Shown: positions 9,915 through 18,762 of the stretch, piece after piece
How positions within the stretch are numbered: the stretch's first letter is position 1
How the letters are laid out: every line of letters begins with the position of its first letter
Assembly (NCBI GenBank): GCA_016783565.1
Contig: JADHWI010000004.1
Location: 1,705-65,704 of the forward strand
Length of the DNA: 64,000 bases
Direction: 5' to 3'
Source: Kiritimatiellia bacterium
GTDB lineage: Bacteria > Verrucomicrobiota > Kiritimatiellia > UBA8416 > JADHWI01
Notes under the pieces: model-generated
The model's input: only the letters and a program-made list of their open reading frames with translations
Databases searched by the model: none
Told to the model about the DNA's origin: nothing
Position numbers and translations under genes: made by a program

Positions 9915-12900
9915 TTATTCCGGTTTTTCAACACCCACGCGGTAGAATTCCATGCTCTGTAATGGAGCATTGTTGGTATAGCGCATTTCCTCGCCGGTGC
10001 CTTCTATGGAGGAGAATTCTGGAATTATCGTCCATTCCGAGACCTTGGCATCGGTGCATATGGCGACGGAATAGAGCCTTCCTGTGCTGCTCATCCAGGA
10101 TATGACGCGAGCGCCATTGGGTGTTATGGTTTGCTCTGCCTTGAGGACAAATCTGCTCTTCTCATCGAACGGATTGGTGCCGGCTACATCCTCAACAGGG
10201 TTGGGGACGCCGTCTCCGTCAGAATCATCCACGGGCAGTCGGACAATGCGGTGGTTCTCGGTATCGGCGATATAGAGGTCGCCATTATCGGAAACAGCAA
10301 TATCGTGAGGCCCTGTCAGGATATCTGCAGGAAGGATTATTTCCCATGTCGTATTGAGCGGATTGGATACATCTGCCTCATGGATAGTGTTGCTGCCCTT
10401 GGAGACAACGAACAGATTTCCATTGGTTCCAAATGCCAGTCCTGTAGGAATGTTTAATCCACCGGACTCGGCTGTGCCTACATCGGTAATCAAGATGCCG
10501 CTGGCATCAAACAATCTTACACGGTGGACACCGAGGGCTTCATCATAGTCTGCGACGTAAACCTGGTTGGATGAATCGATCTCAATGCCGCGTGGATAGC
10601 GTACGGATGGGGTGGGAGGGCCATTTGGAATGAAATCGATCCATGTGCTCTCATTGACTAGCTTTTGAATACGAGAATTATGATGGTCTGCCACGTAAAC
10701 AGAGCCTGTAGAATCCAGAGAAATGTCATATGGTACATCGAGTTCGCCGATATTGGAGCCCTGCGTTCCAAAGATTTGCCATGTGCCGGTAGATGCCGAA
10801 CGTTTCTGGATGCGGAAGTTTCCGGAGTCAGCGACCCAGATATCTCCGTTCATGCCGACAGCCAGGCCGAAGGGCTGGCTGAATTCGCCTGTGCCCGTTC
10901 CTTCAACAGGGATTCCTTCTTCAGTATTGCCGTAGACGGTCCATGTATTGTTGGAGAGGTCCAGCACTTGGACGCGGTGATTACCGCTGTCTGTGACGTA
11001 GAGCTTTCCGTTGGCTGCGTGCAGCCCCCGCGGACTCCGGAACTGTCCGGGTTCAAACCCGTATCCTCCGAGAGAGTCGAGACGTCCATAAGTGCCCACT
11101 ACTCGTGTCTGTACTTCATCTACGACTTCGACGGTGACATCTTGTGGTCTGAAGAACCCTTCAATTTCGCGGTAATTGATGGTGTAGAAGCCTGTTTCCG
11201 TCAGAACGGGTTCGCCGCTGTTTTGCCATGCCCCTCCGCCCAGTCTCCATTGTGCCCCGGCTGTAATGGCGTCCGGTGGCTCTATTGTGACCAGCAGGGA
11301 TGTGGGTTCAGGGATTCGAATGTATGTGCGGTCAAGATCAATGAGGAATTCGTCCAGAATGGTAATCTGTTCCTGTACGGGAGATTCGTAGCCGGAAACG
11401 TCCAGGTATTCAATGGTATGGATTCCGTATGAGAGATTTGAGACAATCATTCCGGATTCGATCCAATTGGTATTTCCGGAGATTCGCCAACGCGTTAGAT
11501 CCGCAATCGCGAGGGGATCGAGTGTTACCCGTACATTCCCCTGAATGGGTGCGTATTGCGTTGTCACAATCCGGTCTTCGCCTTCGTTCAGTACCACATG
11601 GATCGAAGCAGGAGCGGAAAAGCCGGGAATGATCGCGGATATATCAGAGAAGATAATGTCCAGACCGGGTTCGCCTGGGGTCAGTTCTTCAACACGTTCT
11701 CCCGGGCGGTACCAGGTGAGGCCGCCATCGACTGTCCATGTTGCGGCATCCGTTACTTCGGCGCTGTTATTGAGTGTAACCAGTAGTGATGCGGTTGCAA
11801 CGTAGCGATTAGTGATAATGGTTACCGAACCTCGCTCAAGCAGTACATTGGTGACAGATGGCTCTAGCCAATTATCAAGCCGCTGGAAGCTTATGGAGTA
11901 TGCCCCTGGATCAATGCGAGTTTCGAGGTGACCGCTTGAATTCCAGGATGCGCCCCCATTGAATGACCACTGGGCGCCGTCCAGGTTAGCCTCTTGTGGC
12001 TCTATGAAGACTTGCAGTTGTGGTGGTCCAAGTACTGCGCTGTCAGGGCTGAATTGTAGATTGCCATGGATGGTTGCGCCGTGCGCCCATTCGGTCATCC
12101 AGTCTGCACCGTAGGCCAACACGAAATCCTGCACTTGTCCGCGATTCCATGGGGTGATGCCCGCAATACTGTTTGTGCCGTTGTTTGCGCTGGTGCCGAC
12201 AACGCCGGAAGGACCATTGGTGGTGTAACTGGTGTTGTCGTCAAAGCGGTAGTATGCAACGAGAGTGGATTCCAGTCCGGTGAGTACGCCGTCACGGTTG
12301 CTGATGATTTCGGTCTCGCTTCTGTTGCGTGACCAGATGCGAAGTTCATCGATACAGCCGTTGAGTCCGCGACCTGCATGTTGCAGGATTGGGCCGCCAC
12401 CGTATACGCCGGGTGCGTTTGCCGTGGCCAGTGAGCCCACATTGGTGCCGCCTACGAAGATGTTCAGATCGCCGCTGTAGTAGGAGGCTGCCACGTGGGT
12501 CCATGTGCCGGTGGTCAGGGCCATAGGTGCTTCAAGCAGTGCTTCGGGCAGTCCGAAGTTTGGGACAAAGCGCACGTAGGGTACATTATTCGTGTTCAGC
12601 CCCAATTCATAGTTGACGGCATTGGTGTTGACCATGCGTTGAACAATGATGCCGCCATCGGTCTCATTCGCGTCGAGTTTTACCCACGCTTCGATGGTCC
12701 ATTTTTCCAGTGCAAAGCGGTAATTCTTAGGAATTTCCAGGAAATCATCCTGAGACCCGCCGAAACAGAATGAAAGGTTCTTAATCGGGCTGAGGGATTC
12801 CGAGGGGTGACCGCTTGAGCCGGTATCTTGACCATCGATCAGACCGTCATCGTCAGTGTCTGCCAACCAGGGGCTGGATCCGTATGTTTGTTCGTCACTG

Positions 12901-15413
12901 TTGACAAGTCCGTCGCCATCGAAATCCTCGGCGCCATCGGGAATGCCGTTGTTGTCGGAGTCTTTGTCGCGTGGGTTGGTTCCGGCGATGAATTCGTAGA
13001 AGAGATCCAGATTGTCGTCTGCCACGCTTGGATTCAGCGGGTTGTTGTCGCGCTCTGCATTAGCGGGGACGCCGTAGTCCTGGTTGCCGGGCAGGTAACG
13101 GAGCTCTTCGTCAGGAATGGGGTGGTAGCCTCCAAAGTTTTCGGTTCCGGTTGACCATGTTTGGCAATGCCAGACAGCGCGTGGATCAGCGCGGCTTTCA
13201 TCGCCACGAATAATGGCGCTTTGTCCGTTGCATACCAGGCGTGCGTCAAACTTGCCGACAGCATGTTTGAATTGATAGGAATTGTTGCCACAGTCTATGA
13301 ACTCTGAAATGTACGGGTCCGCATCGCGGTATTCCTGAAAGGTGCCAAATCGTGATGCAGGGCTTGTTCTCAGTTCGAACTCGCTTTCGCATTCCACATA
13401 AATCATGTTGCGTCCCAGTTTCATAAAGGGAGCAATTTCGTGTGTTTGCAGTTGGTTTTCGACTGCGCCCTCGGTGGTGATCTGGGTGCCATTGACGTAG
13501 AGGATGGTCGATACCATGCCTGGGGTAAACAGTTCGATTTTGCATTCCAGCGGTTGGTCATGAATGTAGATATACTTCATGTAAGTAGAGTATACCCCTT
13601 CGTCAAAGTCCAATTGACTCTTTGGTGTATGAAATTTTGCACGGGGATCATCGGGGTCATCAAACCATGCCGTGCCGTTTCCAGCGGATGCATAGGCGAT
13701 GAACGACCTGAAATATTCGAAATCCTGAATGGCAAGAGGGTCTTCTGTACAGGGAATGTAGAAAGGTCCCCAGCGCGTGCTGTAGTATTCAGGGTATTTC
13801 TCCATGTTGTGCAGAGACACCCACCATTCGGGGACGCCGTCACCGTCCGCGTCGTCTGAGCCGATAATGCGTGCGGCAGTGGAGTCTGACACTGCAGCAG
13901 CAGCAGCGGAAGCCAGCGCGTAGTTCGTATCGTTCAGGTGGGCGTAGTTTTCAATGGTCTCCCCGGCATCATCAAAGCGATAGTATGCGATCAGAGGAAA
14001 GCCGTACTCATAATTTTGCATGATGTTTCCATCGTATCTGCGGGTCTCAACCTGTACATAGCCGGGGGCCGGATAGATGCGACCTGACCAGTGGTCAATG
14101 TCTGAAGCCGTACGGGCATAGTCCCATACTCGCAGCTCGTCAATGTAGCCTGAATCGAAGCCATCACAGATTCTGGGGGGTCCCTTCACCATGTCTGGTT
14201 TGATGAAGGTCTTACGCGCAATTAACAAGACGGCGTCCACATACAGCTCAAGGCTGTTGTTGGCTGGAGACCAGACGAATGCTACGTGCGACCATGTGTT
14301 GACAGGGAGTTGTTCCACAGAGTCAAGATCGCCGCCGACGTATGCAAAAACGTTACTTCCTGTCAGCATTTCCATCATCGGTCGTCCATCAGTCAGGGAA
14401 ATGCGGAAGTGGTCATCACCGTTAGTGGCCGTAGGGAAGTAGTAAATCAAGCCATCGGTGGTATTGCTTTCCGGATAGATCCAGAATTCTACTGTGCCTG
14501 CACCTTTTCCAAACGCAAAGAGGTCGGTTCCCCATGTCGGATCGGTCAGGTCGATTCCGTTACTGCCGTTCACTGCCATGCTCATGCTGCGGGGGTGGTA
14601 GTTGGTGCTATTCATTGAATGCGCCGGGTGAGTCAGGTCCTGCAGCACCTCAACATTGTCGGCTACGGCATCGTCATCAGTGTCGGACGATTGTGGGTTC
14701 ATGGTATCTGAGGAGCCCGTATCCATTGCCGTTCCAAAAAAACTTTCGGCCTTTGGGCCGATGCCGTCCGGGCCACGGTATTCGAACAGGTTGTTGAGCG
14801 TATCGCCGTCAGGATCGCCCGTAGCGCCATCGTCTCCAGTGGAGCTGGTGGGGTCGAGATTGTTGTTCAGTTCCCAGCCGTCATCCATTTCGTCGCCGTC
14901 GGAATCCCAGTTGTTGGGTTCCAGATTCGGGAGTGGACCTTCGATCAGGTTGAGTTCTTCCAGGTTTGAAAGGCCATCATTGTCGTAGTCCATGAAGGCG
15001 TCCTGGTTCAGGTTCCCGAACCAGTGGATTTCCCACCAGTCATCCAGATTATCATTGTCGCTGTCATCTGTGATGGTGAGGAATGCGGTTCCAATGGTTG
15101 ATGAGAGTTGTACGGGTCCTTGAAAATTGAAGCCGATCGGTTCGCCTTCATCATAGATACGGTTGTTGTTACCGTCGATCCATGCAGCTAAGGTGTAGGT
15201 TTGCCCCACGGTCAATTCGTCGGTTTCAAAGGTCCAGTTTGTCGCTCCCAGCGGTAAGGGAATCAGGTTGAAGATGTTCGTTGGAGCCAAATACAGGGTG
15301 GCAATGGGACTTTCGCCGATTTGTTCGCCGAGATAAATGCCCAGCATAACGCGTCCCTCGGTCTCAGTCGGTGCACCGAATTCTCCATACAACAGGAAAG
15401 TGTGGGGGCACAT
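9915..15413 (-). CDS. Very large extracellular protein, main part of a frameshifted gene: DxDxDG Ca-binding repeats, two LamG-like domains, four ~75-aa beta repeats, NHL propeller, C-terminal domain
   Basis: LamG motifs (TVEFWIYP, WSHVAFVW, IDELRVW; WTIEAWVK, IDELRIW); L.V.IEP....GAQW repeats; NHL motifs (PRGL, VADSGNFRIQ); its signal peptide lies in another frame upstream. Confidence 0.85.
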   Translation of the reverse strand: MCPHTFLLYGEFGAPTETEGRVMLGIYLGEQIGESPIATLYLAPTNIFNLIPLPLGATNWTFETDELTVGQTYTLAAWIDGNNNRIYDEGEPIGFNFQGPVQLSSTIGTAFLTITDDSDNDNLDDWWEIHWFGNLNQDAFMDYDNDGLSNLEELNLIEGPLPNLEPNNWDSDGDEMDDGWELNNNLDPTSSTGDDGATGDPDGDTLNNLFEYRGPDGIGPKAESFFGTAMDTGSSDTMNPQSSDTDDDAVADNVEVLQDLTHPAHSMNSTNYHPRSMSMAVNGSNGIDLTDPTWGTDLFAFGKGAGTVEFWIYPESNTTDGLIYYFPTATNGDDHFRISLTDGRPMMEMLTGSNVFAYVGGDLDSVEQLPVNTWSHVAFVWSPANNSLELYVDAVLLIARKTFIKPDMVKGPPRICDGFDSGYIDELRVWDYARTASDIDHWSGRIYPAPGYVQVETRRYDGNIMQNYEYGFPLIAYYRFDDAGETIENYAHLNDTNYALASAAAAAVSDSTAARIIGSDDADGDGVPEWWVSLHNMEKYPEYYSTRWGPFYIPCTEDPLAIQDFEYFRSFIAYASAGNGTAWFDDPDDPRAKFHTPKSQLDFDEGVYSTYMKYIYIHDQPLECKIELFTPGMVSTILYVNGTQITTEGAVENQLQTHEIAPFMKLGRNMIYVECESEFELRTSPASRFGTFQEYRDADPYISEFIDCGNNSYQFKHAVGKFDARLVCNGQSAIIRGDESRADPRAVWHCQTWSTGTENFGGYHPIPDEELRYLPGNQDYGVPANAERDNNPLNPSVADDNLDLFYEFIAGTNPRDKDSDNNGIPDGAEDFDGDGLVNSDEQTYGSSPWLADTDDDGLIDGQDTGSSGHPSESLSPIKNLSFCFGGSQDDFLEIPKNYRFALEKWTIEAWVKLDANETDGGIIVQRMVNTNAVNYELGLNTNNVPYVRFVPNFGLPEALLEAPMALTTGTWTHVAASYYSGDLNIFVGGTNVGSLATANAPGVYGGGPILQHAGRGLNGCIDELRIWSRNRSETEIISNRDGVLTGLESTLVAYYRFDDNTSYTTNGPSGVVGTSANNGTNSIAGITPWNRGQVQDFVLAYGADWMTEWAHGATIHGNLQFSPDSAVLGPPQLQVFIEPQEANLDGAQWSFNGGASWNSSGHLETRIDPGAYSISFQRLDNWLEPSVTNVLLERGSVTIITNRYVATASLLVTLNNSAEVTDAATWTVDGGLTWYRPGERVEELTPGEPGLDIIFSDISAIIPGFSAPASIHVVLNEGEDRIVTTQYAPIQGNVRVTLDPLAIADLTRWRISGNTNWIESGMIVSNLSYGIHTIEYLDVSGYESPVQEQITILDEFLIDLDRTYIRIPEPTSLLVTIEPPDAITAGAQWRLGGGAWQNSGEPVLTETGFYTINYREIEGFFRPQDVTVEVVDEVQTRVVGTYGRLDSLGGYGFEPGQFRSPRGLHAANGKLYVTDSGNHRVQVLDLSNNTWTVYGNTEEGIPVEGTGTGEFSQPFGLAVGMNGDIWVADSGNFRIQKRSASTGTWQIFGTQGSNIGELDVPYDISLDSTGSVYVADHHNSRIQKLVNESTWIDFIPNGPPTPSVRYPRGIEIDSSNQVYVADYDEALGVHRVRLFDASGILITDVGTAESGGLNIPTGLAFGTNGNLFVVSKGSNTIHEADVSNPLNTTWEIILPADILTGPHDIAVSDNGDLYIADTENHRIVRLPVDDSDGDGVPNPVEDVAGTNPFDEKSRFVLKAEQTITPNGARVISWMSSTGRLYSVAICTDAKVSEWTIIPEFSSIEGTGEEMRYTNNAPLQSMEFYRVGVEKPE

Positions 15414-15576
15414 TAGTGAGAGAGTTCTTCCACGTTGATTCGTTCTCTACTCCGCCAACAATCGTACCGAATAGCTGTGCGTGGGCATTGGGCAGTCCTA
15501 CGGAGCATAGCACGACTATACAAAGGGCTGCTGCGAACAGGGATTTCGAAAAGCGCAAACGGGACAGGGCAGACAT
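15364..15576 (-). pseudogene. N-terminal signal-peptide fragment of the 9915-15413 protein, separated by a frameshift
   Basis: AGGAGG RBS; Sec signal MSALSRLRFSKSLFAAALCIVVLCSVGLPNAHA/Q; removing one base from the G5 run at 15404-15408 fuses it in frame. Confidence 0.75.
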
Positions 15577-15608
15577 GGCTCCCTCCTCTTGCTTTATTAG
15601 TATTATTT

Positions 15609-16022
15609 CTATGGCTGCATAATGACGGCAAACGTCTTTTGTGCAGGTTGCTGGCTGTCTTCCACAATTACGGAGTTGTCGCCAGCAGCACTACGCTGAT
15701 AAACGGCGCCTGCGCCCCCGGAATCGACGACACTGCCGCGAAAGACATCTTGAACACTCCACGTATAGGGTGGCACGCCGCCTGATGCGACAAATGAGGC
15801 CATGTCACCATTGTCGTCCAGTTCGGTTGATTCAGGCGTAAGCACCAAAGGTTCGATAATAATTACCGGGTCAGCCGGTCCGGTCAGGTTGCCGCGATCA
15901 GCCGGGTTCTGCGAATTAACATCAGGCGTGTGTGCGCTGTCGTCCTCGCATCCGATGAACGCAATGATGAGAAGTGAGCATAGAACAGTACGCATAAGTA
16001 GAAGAAAGGAATCCGATCTCAT
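15609..16022 (-). CDS. Lipoprotein with a short beta-rich domain
   Basis: Lipobox AFIG-C followed by EDDS; ASGGVPPYTW motif. Confidence 0.75.
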   Translation of the reverse strand: MRSDSFLLLMRTVLCSLLIIAFIGCEDDSAHTPDVNSQNPADRGNLTGPADPVIIIEPLVLTPESTELDDNGDMASFVASGGVPPYTWSVQDVFRGSVVDSGGAGAVYQRSAAGDNSVIVEDSQQPAQKTFAVIMQP

Positions 16023-16240
16023 ATTAAACCCTCCAATATGTAGCTAAGTGATCATCGCAAAAAAAAAACTTATCGACAAGGTTTTCGTAAACGTTTTTGA
16101 CCTTAAATTATGTACTCCTTTTTTTTGACGATAGCAAGTGGTGACATTGATAATAATAAGCAAGAAACATACCTTTTTCTGGGGTGAAGCACTGAAGTTG
16201 CGAGCTGTGGAGAGAAGGAACGCTAATATATCAAACTCTA

Positions 16241-16269
16241 TTGACTCCGCAGGTGCTGTTCGCTAGAGT
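16241..16269 (+). promoter_or_regulatory. Putative sigma70 promoter of serC
   Basis: TTGACT-17 nt-TAGAGT. Confidence 0.55.
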
Positions 16270-16331
16270 CTGCGGTCCCTGTTTTGAAGGAAGTACTCTC
16301 GCATGAGGCGGGAATTATGGAGGACTCAGAA

Positions 16332-17408
16332 ATGGCACGTTGTTATAATTTCTCAGCCGGCCCTGCCGTGCTACCCGTTGATGCTCTGAAGGATGCCCAG
16401 GCGCAATTGTTGGATTATGAAGGCACGGGCATGTCCATTATGGAAAGCAGTCATCGTGGTAAGGCTTATTCCGAGGTACACGAGGAAGCCATTTTAAATA
16501 TTCGCGAGCTTATGGAAATTCCCGAGGAGTATTCGGTGTTGTTCGTACAGGGTGGCGCCAGCATGCAGTTCGCCATGATACCCATGAATTTTATGGGCGA
16601 AGGTCAGACCGCCGATTATATCAACTCGGGAGCTTGGGCTAAGAAGGCGATCAAGGAAGGGAAGAATCTGGGCAACGTGAATATTGCGGCAGATTGCGGG
16701 TCGGATATTCCCACGCGGATGCCTGTGGCCGATGAACTGTCTCTCACTGAGGGTGCGGCGTATTTGCATTGTACGTCGAATGAAACGATTTCGGGGGCTC
16801 AGATGAAGGTGTTTCCTGCAACGGATGCACCGCTGATCTGTGATATGTCTTCTGATATTCTGTCGCGCAAGGTGGATGTGTCGAAGTTCGGTATGATTTA
16901 CGCAGGGGCTCAGAAAAACCTCGGGCCGGCTGGTGTCGGTATTGTGATTTTGCGCAAGGACCTGGCCGAGCGGTGCCCTGAGAATGTTCCGACTATCTTG
17001 AAATATTCGACGCATATCGATGGCAATTCAATGTTCAATACTTGTCCCTGCTTTACGATTTACATGATTATGTTGGTCACGCGTTGGATAAAGAAAGAGG
17101 GGCGTGACAATATCTTTTCCCAGAATGTAGAAAAAGCGGGTCGACTCTATGCGGCAATTGATGGATCTGACTTCTATCGCGGCACCGCGTTACCTGAGTT
17201 TCGCTCCGATATGAACGTCACGTTCCGGTTGCCCACGGAGGAGCTTGAAGCTTTGCTTATTAAGGAAGCTGATGCCGCAGGGCTTAAGGGGCTTAAGGGG
17301 CATCGTTCTGTGGGTGGTTTGCGTGCCTCGATATATAATGCCTTCCCGCCGGAAGGGGTTGACGCGTTAGTCGCGTTTATGAAAGACTTTGAAGCGCGTA
17401 ACGGCTGA
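16332..17408 (+). CDS. serC: Phosphoserine aminotransferase
   Basis: YNFSAGPA, ESSHRG, DMSSD, YAGAQKNLGPAG (PLP lysine), GHRSVGGLRASIYNA; GGAGG RBS before 16332. Confidence 0.97.
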   Translation: MARCYNFSAGPAVLPVDALKDAQAQLLDYEGTGMSIMESSHRGKAYSEVHEEAILNIRELMEIPEEYSVLFVQGGASMQFAMIPMNFMGEGQTADYINSGAWAKKAIKEGKNLGNVNIAADCGSDIPTRMPVADELSLTEGAAYLHCTSNETISGAQMKVFPATDAPLICDMSSDILSRKVDVSKFGMIYAGAQKNLGPAGVGIVILRKDLAERCPENVPTILKYSTHIDGNSMFNTCPCFTIYMIMLVTRWIKKEGRDNIFSQNVEKAGRLYAAIDGSDFYRGTALPEFRSDMNVTFRLPTEELEALLIKEADAAGLKGLKGHRSVGGLRASIYNAFPPEGVDALVAFMKDFEARNG

Positions 17409-17430
17409 GCCCTACGCAATTCAAGCATAT

Positions 17431-17608
17431 GCACCCGTAGCTCAACCTGCCCGCAATGCTTCGCATAGCGATGCAGGCGGGTTGGATAGAGTAATTTTAA
17501 CCATATAATATAGAAATGTGCACCCGTAGCTCAACCTGCCCGCAATGCTTCGCATAGCGATGCAGGCGGGTTGGATAGAGTAATTTTAACCATATAATAT
17601 AGAAATGT
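17431..17608 (+). repeat. Two identical 89-bp tandem units: tRNA-Arg 5' fragment interrupted by a 36-bp palindrome, plus an AT-rich spacer
   Basis: Units at 17431-17519 and 17520-17608 read GCACCCGTAGCTCAA + CCTGCCCGCAATGCTTCGCATAGCGATGCAGGCGGG + TTGGATAGAGT + AATTTTAACCATATAATATAGAAATGT. Confidence 0.95.
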
Positions 17609-17685
17609 GCACCCGTAGCTCAATCGGATAGAGTGTCGCCCTCCGGAGGCGAAGGTTGTGGGTTCGAACCCCACCGGGTGTACCA
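17609..17685 (+). tRNA. tRNA-Arg (anticodon CCG)
   Basis: Acceptor stem GCACCCG/CGGGTGT; anticodon arm TCGCC-CT-CCG-GA-GGCGA; T-loop GGTTCGAAC; encoded CCA; 77 nt. Confidence 0.96.
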
Positions 17686-17691
17686 TTAAAG

Positions 17692-17979
17692 ATGGCAGAT
17701 CAGGTTCTCTTCCCTTCTTTCGCTTACACGTATGTTCTATTTCTTTCAAATGGTGAGTGGTACATTGGTTCTACCGATGATCTGCATCGCCGCCTGAAGC
17801 AACATAGAGAGAAGGCCGGTGGGCGCACGACCAGCATGCATGGCTTCGAGTTGGTCTATGCTGAAGCTTGTAGATCGCTTGCTGAAGCGCGCAAACGGGA
17901 GAAGCAGTTGAAAACGGGTTATGGTCGCGCCTACCTGAATCGACGACTCGCATTTGAACGCGACCTCCAGTCACTTTAA
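17692..17979 (+). CDS. Stand-alone GIY-YIG nuclease (UPF0213/Slx1-like, 95 aa)
   Basis: YTYVL...[16 protein letters not shown]...ELVYAE...[14 protein letters not shown]; ATG 6 nt after the tRNA CCA. Confidence 0.9.
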   Translation: MADQVLFPSFAYTYVLFLSNGEWYIGSTDDLHRRLKQHREKAGGRTTSMHGFELVYAEACRSLAEARKREKQLKTGYGRAYLNRRLAFERDLQSL

Positions 17980-18195
17980 GCGTGTGTGATGACGCGAACG
18001 GTTTGGCGCAGGCTATGCTCCACGTTGTCGATGTGTTACTATTCGGTCGGTTGAGGGCTTAAAAGTGGCTTCGGAACACCTTAATGGGTTTTAGATGTCT
18101 CTTTTAGCCAAAAGATGTCGACATAATGCTATGTGATCCCTTGAAAAGTCCTCCTCGGGGAACTAGTCTTTGTCGTAGTGAAATAGAGATTTGTC

Positions 18196-18639
18196 ATGAT
18201 TATGGCTCGGAATAACAGATTGGTGACGGTGACGGCGTTCTGGACGTTGTTGGTCTTTTCTCTTCTGTCGCAAGTGACGGGTCCTTGTTCGGTTCTTTGC
18301 TACGAGTCCGATGGCCGTATTGCGGTTCAGTACAGTTATGACGGTGTTCATTGTGCGCATTCAATGAGTTGCGTAGATAATCAGGAGGCAGCTCTACAGG
18401 AGTCGGTGAGCGGTGCTCACAGTCACACATGTACGGATATATCCAGCGTTTCTTGTGCCACCGTTAATTCGCAGTATGAGGAGGATCGCGTTGCTGGTGT
18501 TGTCCCGTGGAGCGATATTGCTTCTCGTGGAATACGGTATATGTATCCGTTTGTAAGAACGGGTGTCTCTCTGAGCCAGAATGCAACGGCACCGCCGTCG
18601 CTACTGCTTTCTTCATGTACTGTTGAGATGCTCCTTTGA
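18196..18639 (+). CDS. Hypothetical Cys/His-rich membrane or secreted protein, paralogue of 39535-39978
   Basis: N-terminal hydrophobic helix; VLCYESDGRIAV; HCAHSMSC; HSHTCTD. Confidence 0.6.
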   Translation: MIMARNNRLVTVTAFWTLLVFSLLSQVTGPCSVLCYESDGRIAVQYSYDGVHCAHSMSCVDNQEAALQESVSGAHSHTCTDISSVSCATVNSQYEEDRVAGVVPWSDIASRGIRYMYPFVRTGVSLSQNATAPPSLLLSSCTVEMLL

Positions 18640-18762
18640 CGAATCTGTCCTGTTCGATTTGTTGTGATTTTGTTTCGGCTTTACTCCGATAAGATGGAAC
18701 CCTGAAAAGAAAAGAATATTGAGATTTTAAGAGACATTTCAGAAAGATAATAATTGAAAGAT

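Noticed and set aside
17431-17519. Intron-containing or split functional tRNA
   Set aside because: The fragments stop after the D-arm; no anticodon arm or 3' half follows, and I found no 3' half downstream of the nuclease.
17431-17608. CRISPR array (36-bp palindromic repeat with regular spacing)
   Set aside because: Only two copies, the intervening sequences are identical and tRNA-derived, and there are no cas genes.
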